NCBI GenBank assembly: GCA_003552185.1
Contig: PUOW01000218.1
Location: 1-40,455 of the forward strand
Reading direction: 5' to 3'
Source: Spirochaetaceae bacterium
GTDB taxonomy: Bacteria; Spirochaetota; Spirochaetia; DSM-27196; SLAA01
Length of the DNA: 40,455 bases
Below, piece after piece: positions 8,346-16,941 of the stretch. Positions within the stretch are counted from its first letter, which is position 1. Each line of letters starts with the position of its first letter. Below the pieces are notes generated by a model. The model saw nothing but the letters and a program-made list of their open reading frames with translations, ran no database searches and was not told where the DNA came from. A program made the position numbers and the translations under genes.

Positions 8346-10040
8346 ATGCGTAGACCGAGTCTGTTACAGAAGACATTTCGCCACCCGCTGCGCTTGCAGG
8401 AAATCCTGCGGGTTCTCATACGCGCAGGGTTATCGGACTGGGTCCTGATGCTGCGTCTCGATCGCACCTTTCCCTGGATCCGCCGCTTCATCAAGGAAGA
8501 GGCGCCGATTGATCAGGCCGAGAAGAACCGCTGGGTCATGCTTCGCGAGACCCTCGAGCAACTCGGGCCCACCTTCGTGAAGTTCGGCCAAATTGTGAGC
8601 AACCGAAGCGACCTGTTACCGGCGGAGCTCGTGAGCGAGCTCACCGGACTACAGGACGATGTTCCGCCGGTACCGCTCGCCGCCGCGCGTGAGGTTGTGG
8701 AGGCGGAGTTCGGCAAGCCGCTCGAAGAGGTGTTTCCATGGTTCGACGCCGAACCGATCGCATCGGCCTCTATCGCCCAGGTGCACCGCGCGAGTCTCCG
8801 CAACGGAGACGAGGTCGCGGTCAAGATACAGCGCCCCGGCATCGAGAATACGATCCGCACCGATACCGAGATCCTGATGTACCTCGCGACCCTGTTGGAG
8901 CGCTACGTGCCGAACATGCGCTTGTTTCACCCCACCGGTCTCGTCGAGGAGTTCAGAAAGAGTATCACTGCCGAGCTTGATTTCGCTCAAGAGTTGCGCA
9001 ACATCCGGAAGTTTAAGAACCTCTTTGCCGAGGATAAGCGCGTTCGAATCCCTAACCCGTTTCGCGCCTACTCAACGCGTCGAGTGCTCACGATGCAGTA
9101 CATCCGAGGCACAAAGCTCGCCGAGGTGCAGCACGACGCCACCGGTCGCTTCAACAAACGACGGATCGCGCGCCTGGGAGCCGATGTGATTCTCGAGCAG
9201 ATCTTCCTGCACGGCTTTTTCCACGCCGACCCCCACCCCGGGAATATTTTGGTAGCCGACGGAGATGTAATCTGCTTTCTTGATTTCGGAATAACCGGTC
9301 GGCTCAGACCTCAGCAACGCAGCTACCTCATCGAGAGCATGCTCGGCGCGGTCAACCACGACGCAAACCGCGTCGCGAAGGCGATGATCGGCATCTGCGA
9401 GCGATCGCCGCGCGGGCTTGATTTTGAAGCGCTCGAAGAACGCGTGAGCGATGTGCTGGACGAGTATCTCGAGGTGACCTTCGGCGAGCTCGACCTAAAC
9501 CAGTTCTTCGATGACCTAATCAAAATCGTCGTGCGGTTCGGCATTCGCCTCCCGAGCAGCTTGATGCTGGTCACCAAGACCTTAGTCGCGATCGAGGGCG
9601 TAGGCCTCAACCTCAGGCCCGATTTCAACATCATGGAGGTCTACCGGCCTTTTACGCGCAAGCTCTACTTGAACCGCTTGCGCCCCGAGGAGCTTGGGCG
9701 AGAAGGATCACAACTTGCGGGCGACTACGCCGGTTTGCTGCAGAACCTACCGAAGGATACGCGTGAGCTATTCCAGCTTGTGAAGAGCGGGCGCATGCAG
9801 ATGAACTTCAACCTCGGCGGGCTCGAGCCGCTGCGGCGTACGCTCGACGACGTCAGCTACCGCCTGGTGCTCGGAATCGTGCTCGGCTCGCTGATGGTAA
9901 GCTCGGCGATGATCGTCCAGGCCGGCATCCCGCCCTACGTGTTCAACGTTCCGCTCATCGGTGTAGTGGGTTTCGGCGCGGCCGGGCTGATCGGGTTCGG
10001 ATTCATCATCTCGCTGGTGGTAAACATGTGGCGCCGGTAG
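8346..10040 (+). CDS. ubiB: AarF/ABC1/UbiB family atypical kinase with C-terminal TM helices
   Basis: LGPTFVKFGQ, SASIAQVH, VAVKIQRP, FFHADPHPGN, LDFG; GGAGG before ATG 8346. Confidence 0.92.
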   Translation: MRRPSLLQKTFRHPLRLQEILRVLIRAGLSDWVLMLRLDRTFPWIRRFIKEEAPIDQAEKNRWVMLRETLEQLGPTFVKFGQIVSNRSDLLPAELVSELTGLQDDVPPVPLAAAREVVEAEFGKPLEEVFPWFDAEPIASASIAQVHRASLRNGDEVAVKIQRPGIENTIRTDTEILMYLATLLERYVPNMRLFHPTGLVEEFRKSITAELDFAQELRNIRKFKNLFAEDKRVRIPNPFRAYSTRRVLTMQYIRGTKLAEVQHDATGRFNKRRIARLGADVILEQIFLHGFFHADPHPGNILVADGDVICFLDFGITGRLRPQQRSYLIESMLGAVNHDANRVAKAMIGICERSPRGLDFEALEERVSDVLDEYLEVTFGELDLNQFFDDLIKIVVRFGIRLPSSLMLVTKTLVAIEGVGLNLRPDFNIMEVYRPFTRKLYLNRLRPEELGREGSQLAGDYAGLLQNLPKDTRELFQLVKSGRMQMNFNLGGLEPLRRTLDDVSYRLVLGIVLGSLMVSSAMIVQAGIPPYVFNVPLIGVVGFGAAGLIGFGFIISLVVNMWRR

Positions 10041-10053
10041 AGGCCGGCGCGCT

Positions 10054-10938
10054 TCAGATGTAGCGCGCCACGATCGCCTGCGCCTGCCCCAGATATCCGC
10101 GCCCAAACAGATTTAGGTGATTGAGAACGTGATAAAGGTTGTAGAGATCCACCCGCTCGGCGTGTCCCGGCGCGATCGGATACGCGTCGTGATACGCTTC
10201 GTAGAAGCGCCCGTCGAACCCGCCGAATAAGCGGGCCATCGCAAGATCGGCTTCACGGTCGCCGTAGTAGACCGCCGGGTCGATGATCACAGGACTTCCC
10301 TCGAGATCAATCATGAAGTTGCCGCCCCAGAAATCGCCGTGCAGAAGCGAGGCATGTTCGGGTTCGGGAAGCAGATCGGGAAGCCGCGCGATAAGCCGTT
10401 CGCCGGCACGGAGAAGGCTGTTATCGGCGAGCCCGTTGCGGCGGGCGAGCTCGAACTGGTAGCGCAGCCGATGCTCACCGAAAAAGCGCGCCCAACTGCT
10501 CTCCCAGTCGTTGACCTGAGGCGTACTACCGATATGGTTGTCTTCATCAAAGCCGTAGCGGTTGCACGCCGTGTCGCGGTGCAGCTCGGCCATCGCGGTA
10601 CCGAACTGTTCCCAGAAGCCGGAGGCCGGTGTCCCGCTTTCGATAAACTCCATCGCCAACCACTGACGAGAGGTGTCTTCGTAGAGCGCGATCGGCTCAG
10701 GCACCCGAGGCCCACTCGGCGCTTGGTGCAACGCCTCGAGCCCCAACGCCTCACCGCGAAACAATCCCGCCGCGGCCCCGGTGTTCTCTTTGAGAAACAC
10801 GCGCGCACCGCAATCGAGTACCAGGAGTTGCGCATTGTTGATGCACCCGCCGCCGACCGAGCTTCTCTCCAGCACACGGCACGGGGAGGCAAAATGCTCC
10901 GAAAGCGCCTGCTCGGGATCGGGATAGCCCTGAATCAC
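10054..10938 (-). CDS. Fructosamine-3-kinase family protein (ribulosamine/erythrulosamine kinase-like)
   Basis: VGGGCIN, FLKEN, LAMEFI, LLHGDFWGGN, IDPAVYYGDREADLAM, LYHVLNHLNLFG. Confidence 0.95.
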   Translation of the reverse strand: MIQGYPDPEQALSEHFASPCRVLERSSVGGGCINNAQLLVLDCGARVFLKENTGAAAGLFRGEALGLEALHQAPSGPRVPEPIALYEDTSRQWLAMEFIESGTPASGFWEQFGTAMAELHRDTACNRYGFDEDNHIGSTPQVNDWESSWARFFGEHRLRYQFELARRNGLADNSLLRAGERLIARLPDLLPEPEHASLLHGDFWGGNFMIDLEGSPVIIDPAVYYGDREADLAMARLFGGFDGRFYEAYHDAYPIAPGHAERVDLYNLYHVLNHLNLFGRGYLGQAQAIVARYI

Positions 10939-11441
10939 GAGCTCCCCCGGGGCACCGAGGAGTCGGCCTCAACGAGTTGTTCCATGAGCGTACGAGCGGT
11001 CCGATCGACGATCTCGAAAACCTGCTGAAAACCGTCGATGCCGCCGTAGTATGGATCGGGCACCTCGACAGCTTCCTCTCCGGCCGGGTCAAACTCGCCG
11101 AATAGACGCACTTTCTCGGTCAACTCCGGGTCGCCTCCGGCCATTCGACGCAGCTCTTGAAGATGCCCTCGGTCCATCGCCAGCACCAAGTCGTAGTCGC
11201 GCAGATCCCGTGCCTGCACCTGTCGTGCCAGGTGGTCGAGGCGCACGCCATGCTCGCGAGCCACCGAGCGCATTCGGCTATCTGCCTGCTCTCCGACATG
11301 AAAGCTCTGGAGTCCGGAAGACTCGACCACAAAGCGATCCTCAAGCCCCCGCCGGCGAGCGTGATGCTCAAACACGGCGTGAGCGAGCGGACTTCGGCAG
11401 ACATTGCCGGTACAGACGAACATGATCTTTGTTTTGTCCAT
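10935..11441 (-). CDS. Low-molecular-weight protein-tyrosine phosphatase
   Basis: FVCTGNVCRSPLA P-loop and VPDPYYGG; its stop overlaps the GTG of the kinase gene (GTGA 10938-10935). Confidence 0.95.
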   Translation of the reverse strand: MDKTKIMFVCTGNVCRSPLAHAVFEHHARRRGLEDRFVVESSGLQSFHVGEQADSRMRSVAREHGVRLDHLARQVQARDLRDYDLVLAMDRGHLQELRRMAGGDPELTEKVRLFGEFDPAGEEAVEVPDPYYGGIDGFQQVFEIVDRTARTLMEQLVEADSSVPRGSS

Positions 11442-11448
11442 AGCACCG

Positions 11449-11477
11449 AGGCTACCGAACTCAGGCGATATTCGCAA
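11449..11477 (-). promoter_or_regulatory. Sigma70 promoter probably yielding a leaderless mRNA for the LMW-PTP gene
   Basis: TTGCGA-17-TAGCCT-7 nt-ATG(11441), no Shine-Dalgarno. Confidence 0.55.
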
Positions 11478-11536
11478 GACCTTCGCCCGCGCCTTCGCCC
11501 GTACCCCCGGAGCATTGCTGCCGCTTGCGCGTAGGG

Positions 11537-11980
11537 TTACATGTGGCAGGATGAGTGAATCAACAGCATGGTTTCAAAGAACTCGGCGCCGAGAAAGATG
11601 AGCCGCGGCCGCGCGCGAACCCGCCAGACCGGGCTTCCGCCGATATCGAGCTGATCACCGCCGGCTTCGATGCGCTGACTGGGGTGTGTCGCGAGTGACC
11701 GGATTTGTATAAGCGCCTCGCGCATGTTCACGGTGCGCGGTTCACGCTCTTCGGGAAGGTATACCGTGTATATCTCGGGATACCGGCGCGACGGCTCGAA
11801 CTCTGCGAGGAGCTCGCCGTCGGTCGAGTAGACCGCGTCGAAGCTTTCGCCACGCTCGAGACGCAGCTCGCGGTCGAGCCGCCCTTCGCGGACGAGATCG
11901 ACTCGAAACTCATCCATCTCGGGGCCTGCGAGCTGAAACGCAAGCAGGAGAGCGTAGACAAGAGCTCCCGATACCGTCAT
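11537..11980 (-). CDS. Hypothetical exported or membrane-anchored protein, 147 aa
   Basis: Hydrophobic N-terminus (GALVYALLLAFQLAG) then an acidic domain; starts 12 nt after the cheY stop. Confidence 0.7.
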   Translation of the reverse strand: MTVSGALVYALLLAFQLAGPEMDEFRVDLVREGRLDRELRLERGESFDAVYSTDGELLAEFEPSRRYPEIYTVYLPEEREPRTVNMREALIQIRSLATHPSQRIEAGGDQLDIGGSPVWRVRARPRLIFLGAEFFETMLLIHSSCHM

Positions 11981-11992
11981 TCCGTTCCGCCG

Positions 11993-12358
11993 CTACCCAA
12001 TGAGCTTCCGAACCACCCCAAGCAGCTTGTCGGAATCAAAGGGTTTGACGATCCAACCGGTTGCACCGGCGGCTTTGCCTTCTTCCATCTTGGACCCCTG
12101 TGCTTCGGTTGTAAGCACGATAATGGGGGTGAACTTACCGTCGGGTCGCTCGCGCACCTTCTTCACAAGCCCGATCCCGTCGAGGTTCGGCATATTCACA
12201 TCGGTTACGATGAGATCAAATGAGTCGCCGTCGAGCTTCCCGAGCGCGTCGACTCCGTCCTCGGCGGCCGTAACCCCGTAACCGGCCTGAGTTAATACAT
12301 AGGTAACGCTTTCCCTAATCGCGCTCGAGTCATCGACTACCAGAACGTTCTTCGCCAT
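11993..12358 (-). CDS. cheY: Single-domain response regulator, CheY-like
   Basis: VLVVDDS, IVTDVNMPNLDG, IIVLTTE, GATGWIVKPF; GAGGGGAG RBS before ATG 12358; candidate promoter TTGCGG-17-CATAAT upstream. Confidence 0.9.
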   Translation of the reverse strand: MAKNVLVVDDSSAIRESVTYVLTQAGYGVTAAEDGVDALGKLDGDSFDLIVTDVNMPNLDGIGLVKKVRERPDGKFTPIIVLTTEAQGSKMEEGKAAGATGWIVKPFDSDKLLGVVRKLIG

Positions 12359-12498
12359 GCTGCTCCCCTCACGTTTCGCTGTTACGCTTCCTATTATGGT
12401 GGACAAGCGCTTCACCCGCAAGGGAGCGCAGCGCCGTTCCTGCCCTGTTCCCCGCGAATCTTGATCCACACCGCGGAAGGTGGGTTAAACGAGTGAGG

Positions 12499-12528
12499 CG
12501 GCCGGTGCGTAGCGTACCGCACCGGCCG
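12499..12528 (-). terminator. Perfect 11-bp hairpin downstream of wrbA
   Basis: CGGCCGGTGCG(12499-12509)/CGCACCGGCCG(12518-12528) with an 8-nt loop; no U-tract. Confidence 0.5.
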
Positions 12529-12556
12529 GTGCGGCGAGTTTGAGAACCCGTTCTCG

Positions 12557-13171
12557 TTAGCCCGCCGCGAGCTTCTTCGCGACCTCGGCTACGTGCTGTC
12601 CTTGGAACCGCGCAGCGGCAAGCTCGTTCTCGCTCGGCATTCGCTCACCCTGGCCTCCGGTGATGGTGGTGGCTCCGTACGGCGAACCTCCGCTGATCTC
12701 GTCTATCGTCATCTGCCCTTGGAATGCGTACGGCAGCCCGACGATCACCATGCCGTGATGGAGCAATGTCGTATGCGTCGAGGTGATGGTTGTTTCCTGC
12801 CCGCCGTGTTGAGTAGCGGTGCTCGCCATCACGCTTCCCACCTTTCCAATCAGCTTACCGCTAAACCACAGCGGCCCGGTGCTGTCGAAAAAACTGCGCG
12901 CTTGGCCGCACATGTTGCCGAATCGCGTCGGGATGCCGAAGATAATGCCGTCGGCCTCCACGAGATCGTCGTGCGTAACCTCGGGAATACTCGCGAGGGC
13001 CTTCTGCGCTTCGGTTGCACCCATCTGTTCGATGATCTCAGGACTCAGGGTCTCGGGAAATCGATGCAGCGAGACTTCCGCTCCTGCAACCTCGCGGGCT
13101 CCCTCGGCAGCGGCCTCCGCCATTTTGTGCATGTGTCCGTAGGTGGAATAAAACACGACCTTAATTTTCAT
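12557..13171 (-). CDS. wrbA: NAD(P)H:quinone oxidoreductase type IV WrbA
   Basis: [51 protein letters not shown]. Confidence 0.97.
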   Translation of the reverse strand: MKIKVVFYSTYGHMHKMAEAAAEGAREVAGAEVSLHRFPETLSPEIIEQMGATEAQKALASIPEVTHDDLVEADGIIFGIPTRFGNMCGQARSFFDSTGPLWFSGKLIGKVGSVMASTATQHGGQETTITSTHTTLLHHGMVIVGLPYAFQGQMTIDEISGGSPYGATTITGGQGERMPSENELAAARFQGQHVAEVAKKLAAG

Positions 13172-13240
13172 GATGAGCATCTCCTTAGCGTTGAGCGTTA
13201 CATTTTTTCCGGCTTAGAACTGAGCCGGTTTGTAGGTTTT

Positions 13241-13270
13241 AAGATATATATTTCAAAGCGAATACGTCAA
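13241..13270 (-). promoter_or_regulatory. Sigma70-like promoter of wrbA
   Basis: Minus strand TTGACG-18-TATCTT in an AT-rich patch. Confidence 0.5.
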
Positions 13271-13522
13271 CTTTTTCCTTGGTGCCCCACGCACACCACA
13301 ACCGGTCGCTCACAACGGCTTCGTTCCACGCGATGCGAGCCGACGCTTGATCTCGGCAAACGACTCAAGATACTGCTGATACCGTCTCCGCTGCTGCACC
13401 GCCGTAGGCTCGGCTCTCAACTCCGCCAGAGCTCCAAAAGTACTCACGTATTGATGAGCCCGGCAATCAGCCCAACGTTGAGGAGGTAGTCGGCCTCGCG
13501 GCAAAGGGGTTATATTCGAGGC

Positions 13523-13762
13523 ATGAGCACGCAAGCAGAAACAAAACATGCGGTGTTGGACGTGAGCGGCGGCACCTGCACATCCTGCGTTATCGCGATA
13601 GAACACCTCGGGCGCCGCGTAGAAGGCATTCACGACATCATGGTCGACCGCGGGACCGGCACGATACAGATCGAGTACGACGGAAACCGTGAAGCGCTCG
13701 ATAAGATCTGCGATTTTGTCGCGCGCATCGGTTACTCCGCCGAGATACGAGCTACGGACTAA
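13523..13762 (+). CDS. Heavy-metal-associated (HMA) domain protein, CopZ-like
   Basis: LDVSGGTCTSC (CxxC), GI..I.VD, C-terminal IGYSA; 79 aa. Confidence 0.88.
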   Translation: MSTQAETKHAVLDVSGGTCTSCVIAIEHLGRRVEGIHDIMVDRGTGTIQIEYDGNREALDKICDFVARIGYSAEIRATD

Positions 13763-13835
13763 TGCGCGGCATCCGGCGCCGAGTACTCGGTCGCCGGCGG
13801 GTTAAGCCGCCCGGCCGTAGCCGGCTCGGTTTGAG

Positions 13836-15125
13836 TTAGTCGTTTCCCTGCGACACGCGCAGATTGAGTCTCATAAGGCGTTGCGCAAGAAGGCGAGCAA
13901 GAAAGATGCCGTAATGCGGCTGCTTCTTGATCGCGTTCACGAAGGCGTTCTTCGAGATCTTCGCCAACACGCTTCTTCCGTTTGATATTACCGTTGCCGA
14001 ACGCCGATTGTTCAGCAAGAACGACATCTCTCCAAGAAAGATATCGTCGGGTCGAAGCGTGGTGAGGTACTTGTTTCCGGAGTAGATATCCAGGCGCCCT
14101 GAGGCAATGTAGTACAGGTAGTTCGATTCCTCTCCCTCAAAAAATACGACATCCCCGTCTTGAAACACGGCCTCCTCGCTACGATCGAAGATACCCGGAA
14201 CCACGTTGCTCTCGTCGCGCTGATGCGCCACCTCGAACGAAACCTCGTTCCCGTGTTCGTTGTAGCGCAGGTTCTCGACGTAGTGCGTGACCATTTTCAG
14301 CCCATGGCCGTGTGGGCCGAAGTTCACCGGGAGCGAAGCGGCGTGCTTCACGCGCCGTCGCCAATCGAACCCGTCTCCTTCATCGCGGATCGTGAAGTAC
14401 GAGCGCTCCGGCGTGATACGGTACGAGAACTGCACCGTTCGTTGTCTGATTTCGGGATCGGCGGACTTCCGACGAATCAAGGACAGAATGTCACCGTGCC
14501 GATCAAGCCACGCGGACTTCTCCTCGTAGCTGATACGACAGTTTCCGTGTTCAACCGCGTTCATCAGGAGCTCAAAGATCGCCACGTGCACGCGGTCCTT
14601 TTTGTCTCGGTTCACGTAGTTCGAGTTATAGAGATAGCTCGTCACGAGGTTCGCGTAGGTACGGATGTTCGACGGATCATTGTCCATCACGAGGCGCCCC
14701 GAGATCGTGCGGAGCAGATAGCTCTGCAGATCGCGTTGGAACAGAATCTGGCGGTTCTGGATGAGGATGCGCACAACCCGGTAGAAGCTCGCGACAAACT
14801 CGCCGCGCGGAATTACGCTCACGATGTTTGAGTTGGGAAGGTGCTGATGCACGCGTTGCTCATCGGCGCTGGTGTGCACCGCGACGATGCCGCCGTAATG
14901 CAACCACGGATCACGCTTGATCGCTTCAAGAATACCGTTGGTATCGATATGCTTATCTGAAGCGTTAATGAGGTTGATCTCCGGCAGCTCGTACTTCAAG
15001 TATTCCAGCGCCGCGTCGTGATCGTCGAGAAACACCGGCAGGAAAAAGTTGTCGAAACGCCGACAGATTCGTTCGACACGGTCGTTGAGTTCGCGGTCTG
15101 TGCTGATCACCGGCATCTTTCGCAT
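13836..15125 (-). CDS. Multidomain signalling protein: degenerate receiver, RsbW-like HATPase_c and cyclic-nucleotide-binding domain
   Basis: N-terminal ALEYLKYELPEINLIN (REC-like); AIFELLMNAVEHGN, IRDEGDGFD, HGHGL (N/G1/G2 boxes); GDVVFFEGE..LYYIASG..LGEMSFLLNNRRSATV (cNMP). Confidence 0.85.
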   Translation of the reverse strand: MRKMPVISTDRELNDRVERICRRFDNFFLPVFLDDHDAALEYLKYELPEINLINASDKHIDTNGILEAIKRDPWLHYGGIVAVHTSADEQRVHQHLPNSNIVSVIPRGEFVASFYRVVRILIQNRQILFQRDLQSYLLRTISGRLVMDNDPSNIRTYANLVTSYLYNSNYVNRDKKDRVHVAIFELLMNAVEHGNCRISYEEKSAWLDRHGDILSLIRRKSADPEIRQRTVQFSYRITPERSYFTIRDEGDGFDWRRRVKHAASLPVNFGPHGHGLKMVTHYVENLRYNEHGNEVSFEVAHQRDESNVVPGIFDRSEEAVFQDGDVVFFEGEESNYLYYIASGRLDIYSGNKYLTTLRPDDIFLGEMSFLLNNRRSATVISNGRSVLAKISKNAFVNAIKKQPHYGIFLARLLAQRLMRLNLRVSQGND

Positions 15126-15145
15126 CGGCTCGTTGAGCCTCCCTA

Positions 15146-15188
15146 TAGAGCCGCTCTATCTGGAGCTGCTCTAACTAGAGCTGTTCTA
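15146..15188. repeat. Three tandem 13-bp palindromes, consensus TAGAGCnGCTCTA, with a 15-bp period
   Basis: TAGAGCCGCTCTA 15146-15158, TGGAGCTGCTCTA 15161-15173, TAGAGCTGTTCTA 15176-15188. Confidence 0.9.
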
Positions 15189-15252
15189 AAGTATTGCGAA
15201 TTTGCCGGCGATTTTCCACCCGATGCGCCTCGTACGGCGCGGGCTACGAGGC

Positions 15253-16230
15253 CTAACCGCGCGTGACTCGATTGAGCTCCTCGATCTCGGACTCGCTCAA
15301 GCGCACTCGCAACGCCGCGGCGTTCGATTCGGCGTGCCGTATCTTGGTAGCTCCGGGAATCGCGATCACCTGCCGCCCTTGTGACTGCACCACCCATGCA
15401 AGCGCGATCTGCGCGGGGCGAACCTCGTGACGCGCTGCGATCTCGCGCAGGCTCTCGATCACCGGCGCGCTCTGCTTGAGGTAAGACTCGCGAAAGCGCT
15501 TCTGCAGCTTCCGCGGCCCCGGGCGCGAGCGGATCAAACTCGGGTTATCATGAAACTTTCCGGTGAGTAAACCTTGCGCCAACGGCGAGTACGCAATGAT
15601 GCTCACGCCGAGCTCCTGTGCCGCCTCGAGGACTCCGTTGTGCTCTATATCACGGTCGAGCAAACTGTACTTAACCTGGTTCGACGCGAGCGGTATCTCA
15701 CGCTTTGAAAGTGCCGCATGCGCTCGCCGCATCTGTGAAGCGCTGAAATTACTGACGCCGACGGCGCGAATCTTGCCTTCATGCACAAGATCGGCCATCG
15801 CGTCCATCTGCCGCTCGATAGAGGACCACGACCCGGCGAAGTGTATTTGGTAAAGATCGATCGGGAACCCACCGAGCGCGCTGAGTCGCCGGCCGATGGT
15901 CTTCTTGATCGAGGCTGCAGAACGGAATAGCGGGAACCATTTGCTCGCGATCACGACCTCGGTCGGTTTCACGTTTTGATACTTGAGCGCCTCGCTCAGT
16001 TCGTTCTCCGAAGCGCCCCAGCCGTAGACCTCGGCTGTGTCGAACCAGTTAACTCCTGCCTGCAGGGACACAGCCACGATCTGCCGGACCGTCTCACGCG
16101 GCAGTCTCCCCCAGTACCGCCCGGCAACGCCGGTCGCCTGTGAGAACTGCCAACAACCGAGCCCGATCGGGCTTACCTCGAGTGGGCCGGAACCCAATTG
16201 ATAACGCTCGACAACGAGTTCGGATTCCAT
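15253..16230 (-). CDS. Aldo/keto reductase
   Basis: IGLGCWQ, FDTAEVYG, IDLYQIH, VGVSNF, NQVKYSLL, AYSPLAQGLLTGK, IPGA; GGAGGAG before ATG 16230. Confidence 0.95.
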   Translation of the reverse strand: MESELVVERYQLGSGPLEVSPIGLGCWQFSQATGVAGRYWGRLPRETVRQIVAVSLQAGVNWFDTAEVYGWGASENELSEALKYQNVKPTEVVIASKWFPLFRSAASIKKTIGRRLSALGGFPIDLYQIHFAGSWSSIERQMDAMADLVHEGKIRAVGVSNFSASQMRRAHAALSKREIPLASNQVKYSLLDRDIEHNGVLEAAQELGVSIIAYSPLAQGLLTGKFHDNPSLIRSRPGPRKLQKRFRESYLKQSAPVIESLREIAARHEVRPAQIALAWVVQSQGRQVIAIPGATKIRHAESNAAALRVRLSESEIEELNRVTRG

Positions 16231-16255
16231 AACGTCTCCTCCGGCGATTGCAGTC

Positions 16256-16285
16256 AAAAAAGGCCTTCCCCGATCGAGGAAGGCC
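16256..16285 (-). terminator. Rho-independent terminator of rpsD
   Basis: Minus strand GGCCTTCC-TCGATCGG-GGAAGGCC-TTTTTT. Confidence 0.9.
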
Positions 16286-16326
16286 CAGCACGTTTATACC
16301 GAGGCCGAAGCACGCCCTCAGGACGG

Positions 16327-16941
16327 CTACTTCGAGTAGAACTCAACGATCAGCTGTTCCTCGGCGATCGTCGGGATCAAATCGCGCGTGGGGGGAACCG
16401 TGACCGAACCCTTGAGATCGTCCTTCTCGATTGCGAGCCACGGCGGAACCGGCCGGCTACTGTTGTCGGCGAGCAGACGGCGGACCAAGTCCTGCGTGGC
16501 TTTTCGTTCGCGAGCCTTGATCTCGTCTCCTGCACGCACAAGGGCCGAAGGGATCGTGACCTTGCGCCCGTTGTGGAGAATGTGACCATGGGCCACCAAC
16601 TGACGGGCCTGCGCGCGCGAACCGGCCATGCCGAGTCTATACACGACGTTATCGAGACGCCGCTCGAGCAGGATCAACATGTTGTGTCCTGCAACGCCTT
16701 TCATAGCCTTCGCGCGATAGAATAGATTGCTGAACTGGCGCTCAGACAACCCGTACGCCCACTTGAGCTTCTGCTTCTCGACGAGTTGGCGTCCGTACTC
16801 AGTCTGGCGGACGCGGCCCTTCTTGGGCTCGCCCGGTGGCTTCGGCTTGCGCTTCAGCAGACGGTCGTACTTCTCATTGCCGTAGATGTTGACGCCGAAT
16901 CGGCGAACAATTTTTCCTTTGGCGGTTTCATGCCTAGCCAT
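16327..16941 (-). CDS. rpsD: 30S ribosomal protein S4 (stand-alone, no Zn-binding cysteines)
   Basis: EYGRQLVEKQK, YGLSERQF, LERRLDNVVYRLG, ARQLVAHGH, EQLIVEFYSK. Confidence 0.99.
   Translation of the reverse strand: MARHETAKGKIVRRFGVNIYGNEKYDRLLKRKPKPPGEPKKGRVRQTEYGRQLVEKQKLKWAYGLSERQFSNLFYRAKAMKGVAGHNMLILLERRLDNVVYRLGMAGSRAQARQLVAHGHILHNGRKVTIPSALVRAGDEIKARERKATQDLVRRLLADNSSRPVPPWLAIEKDDLKGSVTVPPTRDLIPTIAEEQLIVEFYSK

Noticed and set aside
9042-9051. GTTCGAATCC tRNA T-loop-like motif
   Set aside because: It lies inside the ubiB-family CDS and has no cloverleaf context.
12462-12470. DnaA-box-like TGATCCACA
   Set aside because: A single mismatched copy with no cluster or origin context.
12593-13489. 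298-aa plus-strand ORF, and similar ones at 24261-25133, 30964-31698 and 39082-39960
   Set aside because: Each is antisense to a well-supported gene (wrbA, osmF, batB, metY).
15146-15188. Palindromic repeats as a mini-CRISPR or REP element
   Set aside because: 13-bp units with 2-nt gaps are far too short, and I saw no other copies in the window.
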